Origin: Patescibacteria group bacterium
GTDB lineage: Bacteria > Patescibacteriota > Minisyncoccia > UBA9983
Assembly: GCA_038063695.1 (NCBI GenBank)
Contig: JBBTUP010000015.1
Coordinates: 1-41,366, forward strand
Length of the DNA: 41,366 nucleotides
Direction: 5' to 3'
Both the position numbers and the translations under genes were made by a program. Positions 24,167 through 31,337 of this stretch are shown piece after piece. The notes beneath the pieces were generated by a model. It did not search any database. It saw only the letters and a list, made by a program, of their open reading frames with translations, and was not told the DNA's origin. Position 1 is the stretch's first letter; every line of letters starts with the position of its first letter.

Positions 24167-27100
24167 TCAGACGGTATTCATCTCTTTCATTTCCTCCACG
24201 ATTATTGACGGTTCGTTGTTGCGTATAGATATTTTTCCTCTTACTCCAATACAATTTCCTTCCCGTATCATATTGCCGTAATCATTCAATTTTCTTGGAA
24301 ATATCACCATCTCAATACTGTCTGTAAAATCCGATAGTTTTATAAAGAGCATGGGTTCGTTCTTTTTTGTCATTACTTTTCTTATTTCTTCTATCATGCC
24401 AGCAGTAACAACAGGTATGTTATTCGGCAGTTTTTTCGCGTCGCTTATTTTTGTTTTTATTTTCTCCATTTTATCCTTAAATTTGTTCAGCGGGTGTCCG
24501 GAAATATACAATCCTAATAATTCTTTTTCCCACATTAATTTTTCTTCCTGTGTGGCTGGTTCTGTTTTTTTGAGATTGAGATTGGGTATGGAGGTCTTAT
24601 CTTGCATAAGAGAGAACAGAGAACTTTGATTTTGTTTTGATTTTACTGCCTGGCGATTATAATCTAGGGCATCGTCTATATTAACAAGTATTTGGTTTCT
24701 TTCTCCTAATGCGTCCATGGCGCCTGATTTTATTAACGCTTCTAAAGATTTTTTATTTAAATTTTTATGCTGGATATGGTCAAGAAAATCAGAGAATGAT
24801 TCAAAAACCCCTTTTCTTTTTCTTTCTTCAATAATCGCTTCGGCAATTTCTGTTCCCAGATTTTTTATAGTACAAAGACCAAAGCGTATTCCCTGCCTGC
24901 CGGCAGGCAGGCCTGCTTCTTCAATATTGACGATTGTAAAATCTCCAAAACTTTCATTTACATCTGGCGGGAGTACAGGCATGTTCATTCTTTTGCATTC
25001 ATTTATTGATACAGCGATTTTTTCCGTGTCACCGGAATCGGAAGTCAAAACTGCTGTCATAAATTCTGCAGGATAATGCGCCTTCATATAGGCGGTTTGA
25101 TACGCCACTTTTGCATAAGAGGCAGCATGCGCTTTATTGAAGCCGTATCCCTTAAAAGGATCAAAAAGTTTCCATAATTCTTCCGCTTTTTCAGGAGTGA
25201 GGTTGCTGTGTTTCTGGCATCCCTCAATAAATATCTTTTCCTGTTTTGCCATTTCAGCGGGTATTTTTTTGCCAATTGCTTTTCGGAATTTATCCACGCT
25301 TTCCCAGTTGTATCCTGCAAGTTCAATGGCAATTAAAAGCACATCCTCTTGATAAGTTACAACGCCATAAGTTTTTTTAAGAATTTTTTCCAAGCGTGGA
25401 TCAAGATAAGCGATCGGTTCTTTGCCATGCTTGCGTTTTATGTAATTTGGAATGTTTGCCATTGGTCCTGGCCTAAAAAGCGCTATCATTGCCATAATGT
25501 CGTTAAAATTACTTGGCTTTAATTCCTTTAGCCATCGCGTCATCCCGCTCCCGCTTAATTGGAAGACGCCGATAGTTTCTCCTTTGGAAAGCAGGTTAAA
25601 AGTTTTTTTATCCTCCAAAGGAAGATTTTCAAGATCAATTTCTTTTTTGTGGATTTTTTTAACAAGGCGGATTGCGTTCCCCAATATAGCCAAATTTTTT
25701 ATACCAAGAAAATCCATCTTTAAAAGGCCCGTATCTTCAACAGCATGCATGTCATATTGAGTGATAATTTTGTCTCCGTTCGGTTCGTGCTGTAGAGGCA
25801 CAAAATCAGTTAGTTTAGTTGGACTTATGACAACTCCTGCTGCATGCACAGAAACATGTCTTGCGCATCCTTCGATTTTTCTCGCCAGATCAATTATCTC
25901 TTTTACTTCATTTTCTGTTTCATACATTTCTCTAAGTTCTGGGGTTATTTTTAAGGCGTTGTTTATTGTCATCGGGAAGCCTTGGGAGCCAAAAGGAATA
26001 AGTTTGGCTATCGTGTCTCCCAAGCTGTAAGGTTTTCCAAGGGCGCGGGTAATGTCTCTTACGGCAACGCGCGCCATCATTGTTCCAAAAGTTCCTATTT
26101 GCGCTACGTGGTCCTCGCCGTATTTTGTTTTTACATAATTTATAATTTCTTCTCTGCGGTCATCAGCAAAATCCATATCTATATCAGGGGGAGAAGGGCG
26201 GTAAGGATTTAAAAATCTTTCAAAGGGCAGTTCGTATTTTATAGGATCAATATTTGTTATGCCTATTAAATATGAAATAAAAGAGCCAGCTGCCGAACCC
26301 CTGGTAGTTGTTATTATTTTGTTTTTTCTTGCCCAATTTATAATATCTGCAACTACCAAAAAGTATGGCGAGTACCCTTTTTCTTTTATAACCTTAAGCT
26401 CGTATTCCATTCTTTTTTCAGCTTCGGGATTTTTTTCTCTATATAATTTTTTATAACCTTCATCTTTTAATTCTTTAAGTTTTTCGTCCGGAGTTTTTTT
26501 GTCCTCTATTTTAAAGATAGGGAAGACCCATTTGCCGAGTTCCAACTCTATATTACACATATCAGCAATTTTTTTGGTATTTTCGATTGCATCTGGAGTA
26601 TCTTTAAAAAATTTTTCCATTTCTTCTCCTGACCGGAAAGAAAAATTCTCGTTTTTCATTGTTAGCCTATTGGCGTCTGTTAGTTTTGCGTTTGTTTGTA
26701 TAGCAATTAGAAGATCTTGAGCCTCGGCATCTTCTGGTTTTATATAATGAACATCTTGAGTGGCAACTAAAGGGATGTTTAATTTTTTGGCGATATTAAT
26801 TAATCCATTTTGTATATTTTCGTAATTTTCTATATTAGGATGATATCCAATTTCTATATAAAAATTTTCTTTGCCGAAAATTTCTTCATATTCCTTTGCG
26901 ATTTCTTCAGCCTTTTTTATTTTTTTATTTTCTATGAGGCGGGACAATTCTCCTGCCATACATGCGGAAAGGCCTATAAGCCCGTCACAATGTTTTTTTA
27001 ATAGCTCCCTGTCTATCCTGGGTTTATAATAAAAACCTTGCAGATAACTTTGAGTAATAAGTTCTATCAAATTTTTGTACCCCCTTTCGTTTTTGGCCAG

Positions 27101-27376
27101 AAGTATAAGATGGTATCTTCTATCGTCAATGCCTGGACGTTTGTCGTGCATGGATTCAAACGCCACATAGGTTTCCACTCCCAGTATGGGTTTTATTCCG
27201 GCTTTTTTCGCCTTCTTATAGAATTCAATGGCGCCGTACATGTTGCCGTGGTCAGTCAAGGCCAGGGCGGGCATTTTGTTTTTTACGGCCTCGTCAACCA
27301 ATTCATCAATTTTTGCCAGGCCGTCAAGCAAAGAATAATGGCTGTGCACGTGAAGATGTACGAATTCTGAAGACAT
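24167..27376 (-). CDS. dnaE: DNA polymerase III alpha subunit
   Basis: PHP domain HLHVHSHYSLLDG and LALTDHGNMYG, polymerase core, HhH IRFGLCTIKNLG, OB fold; 1069 aa. Confidence 0.96.
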   Translation of the reverse strand: MSSEFVHLHVHSHYSLLDGLAKIDELVDEAVKNKMPALALTDHGNMYGAIEFYKKAKKAGIKPILGVETYVAFESMHDKRPGIDDRRYHLILLAKNERGYKNLIELITQSYLQGFYYKPRIDRELLKKHCDGLIGLSACMAGELSRLIENKKIKKAEEIAKEYEEIFGKENFYIEIGYHPNIENYENIQNGLINIAKKLNIPLVATQDVHYIKPEDAEAQDLLIAIQTNAKLTDANRLTMKNENFSFRSGEEMEKFFKDTPDAIENTKKIADMCNIELELGKWVFPIFKIEDKKTPDEKLKELKDEGYKKLYREKNPEAEKRMEYELKVIKEKGYSPYFLVVADIINWARKNKIITTTRGSAAGSFISYLIGITNIDPIKYELPFERFLNPYRPSPPDIDMDFADDRREEIINYVKTKYGEDHVAQIGTFGTMMARVAVRDITRALGKPYSLGDTIAKLIPFGSQGFPMTINNALKITPELREMYETENEVKEIIDLARKIEGCARHVSVHAAGVVISPTKLTDFVPLQHEPNGDKIITQYDMHAVEDTGLLKMDFLGIKNLAILGNAIRLVKKIHKKEIDLENLPLEDKKTFNLLSKGETIGVFQLSGSGMTRWLKELKPSNFNDIMAMIALFRPGPMANIPNYIKRKHGKEPIAYLDPRLEKILKKTYGVVTYQEDVLLIAIELAGYNWESVDKFRKAIGKKIPAEMAKQEKIFIEGCQKHSNLTPEKAEELWKLFDPFKGYGFNKAHAASYAKVAYQTAYMKAHYPAEFMTAVLTSDSGDTEKIAVSINECKRMNMPVLPPDVNESFGDFTIVNIEEAGLPAGRQGIRFGLCTIKNLGTEIAEAIIEERKRKGVFESFSDFLDHIQHKNLNKKSLEALIKSGAMDALGERNQILVNIDDALDYNRQAVKSKQNQSSLFSLMQDKTSIPNLNLKKTEPATQEEKLMWEKELLGLYISGHPLNKFKDKMEKIKTKISDAKKLPNNIPVVTAGMIEEIRKVMTKKNEPMLFIKLSDFTDSIEMVIFPRKLNDYGNMIREGNCIGVRGKISIRNNEPSIIVEEMKEMNTV
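24892..24911. repeat. GC-rich perfect 20-bp palindrome CCTGCCTGCCGGCAGGCAGG in frame in dnaE
   Basis: Read directly; encodes LPAGRQG just before the conserved IRFGL. Confidence 0.9.
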
Positions 27377-27491
27377 AATAGATATATTATAACAAGAAAA
27401 AGATTATAGTAAAAAAGTTGCTAAAAATTTTCTATTATGTTAAGAATATAGTAGATATTGAATAGAAATTTAATAAAGGAGGAAGATTATT

Positions 27492-27983
27492 ATGAATACA
27501 AATGATCTGGATTTCCTTAAGGAAATTCTGAAAGATTCCGATTCTGTGGAAGTTTTAAAAATACTGGATAGTTTAGGGAATACAAAAGATTTGATTTTGA
27601 GAGAAATATCAGATAAGAAAATTGGTAACTGTTGGATAAATGGTTCAAGATGTCAATATAGCAATCCTGAGGGGAAAATAATTTATGCCCCAATAGAACT
27701 TTGCGCAAGGTGCCAGATATTTCTTTATTTTAAGGAAACTGAATCATTTAGATTATTATTAAAAGGCATGATCAATGATGAGATTGAAGAGAGGATAGAT
27801 GACTTAAAAATCCAGTATGGGAAAAAATCCAAAGATACTAACGAATTTTTAGAGAATTTAATTGATAGATCCGAAAAAGATGAAAAGATCAAATTAATTT
27901 TGAGGGATTTTTTAAAGGTTCTTAATAATTGTTTAGACTTAGAAAAGATTGATATTTTAGCGATGGAAGATATAGAAGAATAA
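27492..27983 (+). CDS. Hypothetical protein (four Cys: C..C...C..C pattern)
   Basis: Strong SD AAAGGAGG; 163 aa; I recognise no family. Confidence 0.55.
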   Translation: MNTNDLDFLKEILKDSDSVEVLKILDSLGNTKDLILREISDKKIGNCWINGSRCQYSNPEGKIIYAPIELCARCQIFLYFKETESFRLLLKGMINDEIEERIDDLKIQYGKKSKDTNEFLENLIDRSEKDEKIKLILRDFLKVLNNCLDLEKIDILAMEDIEE

Positions 27984-28020
27984 AAAATAAAAGGCGTGTT
28001 ATTGAATCAGCGCGCCTTTT

Positions 28021-28143
28021 TTATTTCTTCCGATTTTTAAGATATTTAATTAATTTTCTTAAATAATATAAAGGTATAACAACTGTTGCGCCCGGAATGA
28101 CAATGAGATAAATTAAAATCTTTATTATTTCTTTGAAATTAAT
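28021..28143 (-). CDS. Candidate unannotated 40-codon hydrophobic/basic peptide with an ATT start
   Basis: AAGGAGG, 6 nt, then ATT. The ORF reads INFKEIIKILIYLIVIPGATVVIPLYYLRKLIKYLKNRKK. A minus-strand TATAAT lies at 28182..28187, and a stop sits two codons upstream of the SD in frame. Confidence 0.3.
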   Translation of the reverse strand: MNFKEIIKILIYLIVIPGATVVIPLYYLRKLIKYLKNRKK

Positions 28144-28177
28144 GCGACACCTCCTTAGTTAAAGTTCTTTTTTCTTG

Positions 28178-28187
28178 TATAATTATA
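28178..28187. promoter_or_regulatory. Palindromic TATAATTATA giving -10 boxes on both strands (rnhB on plus, small ORF on minus)
   Basis: Read directly. The rnhB ATG is 9 nt downstream of the plus-strand TATAAT. Confidence 0.4.
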
Positions 28188-28192
28188 GAAAA

Positions 28193-28780
28193 ATGAAGAG
28201 GAAAAATCAAAAGATAAATGTTATAGGGATAGACGAGGCGGGACGAGGGCCGTTGGCAGGGCCTGTCGCAATCGGTGCAGTAGCATCAAAAATCAAAAAT
28301 AAAAAATCAAAAATAAAAATTTTAGAAGGTATTAAAGATTCGAAAAAACTTAGTGCGAAAAAACGCGAGGAATGGAATAAAATTTTGAGAGAAAATTTTG
28401 AGTGCCACTGCGTTTTTGTGAGTCATAAAATAATAGACAAAATGGGCATTCAGAAGGCTGTTTTGCTCGGAGTTGAGAGAGTACTCAAAAAATTTAGGAA
28501 GCCGAATTTGGTTTTGCTTGACGGTTTACTTAAGGCGCCGGAAAAATACAAACAGAAAACTATTATAAAGGGCGACGAAAAAATTTCTTTGATTTCCGCC
28601 GCTTCAATAATCGCTAAAACAATAAGAGATAGAAAAATGATACAATTGCATAAAAAATTTCCAAAATATAATTTTGATAAACATAAGGGTTATGGCACAA
28701 AATTGCACTATAGAAGAATAAGAAAACATGGCATCTTAAAAATTCACCGCAAGTCGTTTTTAAAAAATTTGACAAAATAA
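28193..28780 (+). CDS. rnhB: Ribonuclease HII
   Basis: GIDEAGRGPLAGPV, DSKKLS, and C-terminal HRKSF. ATG 28193 is preferred over the track's TTG at 28175. Confidence 0.92.
   Translation: MKRKNQKINVIGIDEAGRGPLAGPVAIGAVASKIKNKKSKIKILEGIKDSKKLSAKKREEWNKILRENFECHCVFVSHKIIDKMGIQKAVLLGVERVLKKFRKPNLVLLDGLLKAPEKYKQKTIIKGDEKISLISAASIIAKTIRDRKMIQLHKKFPKYNFDKHKGYGTKLHYRRIRKHGILKIHRKSFLKNLTK
28286..28320 (+). repeat. AAAAATC/AAAAATA microsatellite in rnhB (codes KIKNKKSKIKI)
   Basis: About 34 nt, differing at 2 positions from 36199..36232 in trmD. Confidence 0.8.
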
Positions 28781-28846
28781 TATTATTTGATATAATACAA
28801 AACAGATTGTTTCATTAAAATAATAATTTAATAAAAGGAGGTATTA

Positions 28847-29302
28847 ATGAGCGGACTAGTGTCAGGAATATGCATAGATTTAAAAAAAGAAAATTTGATT
28901 TGTATTTTTGATGAAGAGAGATTATTTCTGAATTCTTATGGGTTGCCTGGCGGTATCATTAATGAAGGAGAAGATCCAACTACGGCAATGCGAAGAGAGT
29001 GGGAAGAAGAAGTAGGCACCGTTATAGAAAGTTGTGAATTTATCCACGAAGAAAGGAGAGGAAAAGAAGGCGGATATTTTCCACATTATTTTTTCTTGAT
29101 TAAAATCCCGGAAAATTGCGAACTTCGCACAGAGGGATTTTTAGGAGAGACAGGTCCTCCTGAATGGTTGGAATTGCGAAAAATTGGATCCAGAGAAATA
29201 AAACTCCATTACTCGCATTTTAAGGGTCTTGGCGCAGTAATTAAAAAATTAGCCAAGACAAATAGAAACATGGCCTTTGTCGTGTCAGAGGCCTGCATAT
29301 AA
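28847..29302 (+). CDS. NUDIX hydrolase
   Basis: NUDIX box GGIINEGEDPTTAMRREWEEEVG; SD AAAGGAGG. Confidence 0.8.
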   Translation: MSGLVSGICIDLKKENLICIFDEERLFLNSYGLPGGIINEGEDPTTAMRREWEEEVGTVIESCEFIHEERRGKEGGYFPHYFFLIKIPENCELRTEGFLGETGPPEWLELRKIGSREIKLHYSHFKGLGAVIKKLAKTNRNMAFVVSEACI

Positions 29303-29315
29303 AATAGAAATCATG

Positions 29316-29351
29316 GCCCTGTCAGATGTTTTGGCAGGGTTTTTCTTTTTC
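29316..29351 (+). terminator. Probable rho-independent terminator
   Basis: GCCCTGTC.../...GGCAGGG stem followed by TTTTTCTTTTT. Confidence 0.5.
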
Positions 29352-29386
29352 TTTGCAAAAATTTTTAGATAATGTATATTATCAAG

Positions 29387-29668
29387 ATGACAGTAAGAAT
29401 GAGACATACGAGAGCGCATACGCGGAACAGGCGATCGCACCATGCTTTAAGAGCTGCGCGATTTATTAATTGCAAGAAATGCGGAGAATCAGTTATGCCC
29501 CATGTGGTTTGCACAAATTGTGGAACTTATTCAGGAAGGGAAGTTATAGATGTTCTCAAGAAATTAAACAAAAAAGAAAAAAAGAAGAAAGAAAAAGAAT
29601 TAAAAGAAAAGGAAGCAGAACAGGCCAAAGACAAACCGCTTGACGCTGCGGGTCTTTCAAATAAATAA
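29387..29668 (+). CDS. rpmF: Ribosomal protein L32 with a Lys/Glu-rich C-terminal extension
   Basis: RMRHTRAHTRNRRSHHAL and zinc-ribbon CKKCG...CTNCG. The start (29387 vs 29372 or 29399) is uncertain. Confidence 0.85.
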   Translation: MTVRMRHTRAHTRNRRSHHALRAARFINCKKCGESVMPHVVCTNCGTYSGREVIDVLKKLNKKEKKKKEKELKEKEAEQAKDKPLDAAGLSNK

Positions 29669-29691
29669 TAAGTAAATTTACAATTTAATTT

Positions 29692-30555
29692 ATGGCGAAC
29701 CGTCATTTATCGCGAAGTATAGTTTTGCAATCTCTGTTTGAGTGGGATTTTAAGGGTTGCAATGAATCAGACATAGAGGGAATTATTAAATATAATATTG
29801 GTGAGTTTGCTCCTGGCTTGGAGAACAATGATTTTATTTATGCACTTACTAAAGGAACACTAAAAAAAAGAAATAAAATAGACAAGATAATAGAGAAAGC
29901 CGCGCCTGAGTGGCCGTTGGAGCAGATATCTATTGTAGACAGAAATGTTTTGAGAATAGGGCTTTATGAACTTTTGTTTGGCAACAAAAAGGAAGTGCCG
30001 GCAAAAGTCGCCATAAATGAGGCAATTGAACTGGCAAAGACATTTGGCGGAGATTCATCCGGCAAGTTTGTAAATGGCGTTTTGGGCACGGTTTATAAAG
30101 AGGTGGGAGGAGAAAAAGAAGAAAAGAAAGAAATGCCAAAAGAAAGACTCGGCGGAGCCGTTGTTTATATCAAAGAAAATAAAAAAATACTGCTCGCGCT
30201 CGTCCATGATATTTTCGGCTACTGGACTCTTTCTAAGGGTCATGTTGAGGAGAATGAGAATTTGAGAGATTGCACAATAAGAGAGATAAAAGAGGAGATA
30301 GGAATCAATATAAAATTAGAAGAGGAACTTGGCGCAAATGATTATGTGGCTTCAGATCCTGAAAAAGGAAAAATTAAAAAAATTGTCTCATATTTTCTGG
30401 CGTCAACTAATGATAAGAATATTAAACTCAAAGAAACAGGTGGATTAGATGACGCCAGATGGTTTACTTTAGATGAAATTGCAGGTCTTAAAATATATGA
30501 TGATATCCGGCCGATAATCACCAGAGCAGTTAAAGTACTTACTAAAAGGAAATGA
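29692..30555 (+). CDS. nusB: NusB antitermination factor fused to a C-terminal NUDIX hydrolase domain
   Basis: NusB: RSIVLQSLFEWDF, DRNVLRIGLYELLF, AINEAIELAKTFG. Lys/Glu linker, then NUDIX box GHVEENENLRDCTIREIKEEIGI. Confidence 0.85.
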   Translation: MANRHLSRSIVLQSLFEWDFKGCNESDIEGIIKYNIGEFAPGLENNDFIYALTKGTLKKRNKIDKIIEKAAPEWPLEQISIVDRNVLRIGLYELLFGNKKEVPAKVAINEAIELAKTFGGDSSGKFVNGVLGTVYKEVGGEKEEKKEMPKERLGGAVVYIKENKKILLALVHDIFGYWTLSKGHVEENENLRDCTIREIKEEIGINIKLEEELGANDYVASDPEKGKIKKIVSYFLASTNDKNIKLKETGGLDDARWFTLDEIAGLKIYDDIRPIITRAVKVLTKRK

Positions 30556-31247
30556 AAAATTTTGAAAATTTTGAAAACAAAATAAAAATAAATTTTAAAG
30601 ATAAAAAATTACTTATACAGGCGTTTACGCACCGCTCATATATAAATGAGAATCCTTCAGAGGGGTTAGAGCATAATGAGAGGCAGGAATTTTTGGGCGA
30701 TGCTGTTTTGGAATTGATTATTACGGAATACTTATATAAAAAATATCCGGACAAAGCAGAAGGAGATCTAACAAGTTACCGCGCCGCGCTTGTTAATGCC
30801 AATATGCTTTATGAAGTGGCGAATGAAATCGGAATGGAGGAATATCTTCTTCTCTCAAGGGGCGAGAAAAAAGACAAAGGCAAAGCAAGGCAGTATATTC
30901 TGGCAAATGCTTTTGAGGCATTAGTGGGCGCTATATATTTAGATCGCGATTATGACGCGGCATTCTCATTCCTTAAAAAATTTCTCTTCAAAAAAATAGA
31001 CGAAGTCATGGAAAAAAAATTATGGATAGATTCAAAGAGTCTGTTTCAGGAAAAGGCGCAGGAGTTTGAGGATATCACGCCGTCTTACAAAGTATTGGAT
31101 GAATTTGGGCCTGACCATGACAAAATATTCATTGTTGGCGTTTATCTGAAAGAGGAATTGATTGCCGAAGGCAAAGGATCTTCTAAGCAGGAGGCAGAGC
31201 AAAATGCCGCCCGCCATGGCCTTAAATCCAAAAACTGGGAGGATTAA
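30552..31247 (+). CDS. rnc: Ribonuclease III
   Basis: Signature ERQEFLGDAVLE, EALVGAIYLD, C-terminal dsRBD (GPDHDKIF...GSSKQEAEQNAA). Confidence 0.95.
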   Translation: MKNFENFENKIKINFKDKKLLIQAFTHRSYINENPSEGLEHNERQEFLGDAVLELIITEYLYKKYPDKAEGDLTSYRAALVNANMLYEVANEIGMEEYLLLSRGEKKDKGKARQYILANAFEALVGAIYLDRDYDAAFSFLKKFLFKKIDEVMEKKLWIDSKSLFQEKAQEFEDITPSYKVLDEFGPDHDKIFIVGVYLKEELIAEGKGSSKQEAEQNAARHGLKSKNWED

Positions 31248-31308
31248 AATAGTTAAACAATAATAATTTTATACCTGATTATTTTTTCCTCTTTTTATTT
31301 TTACTGAA

Positions 31309-31337
31309 TTGATGTAAAATTATTACATCAATTTTTT
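31309..31337 (+). terminator. Hairpin TTGATGTAA-AATTA-TTACATCAA plus T6 abutting the smc ATG
   Basis: 9-bp AT-rich stem and a T-run that ends at the start codon. Confidence 0.4.

Noticed and set aside
31180-31195. CTTCTAAGC in rnc as a REP-1 fragment
   Set aside because: It is a single 9-mer half-site with no palindromic partner, which is within chance expectation.
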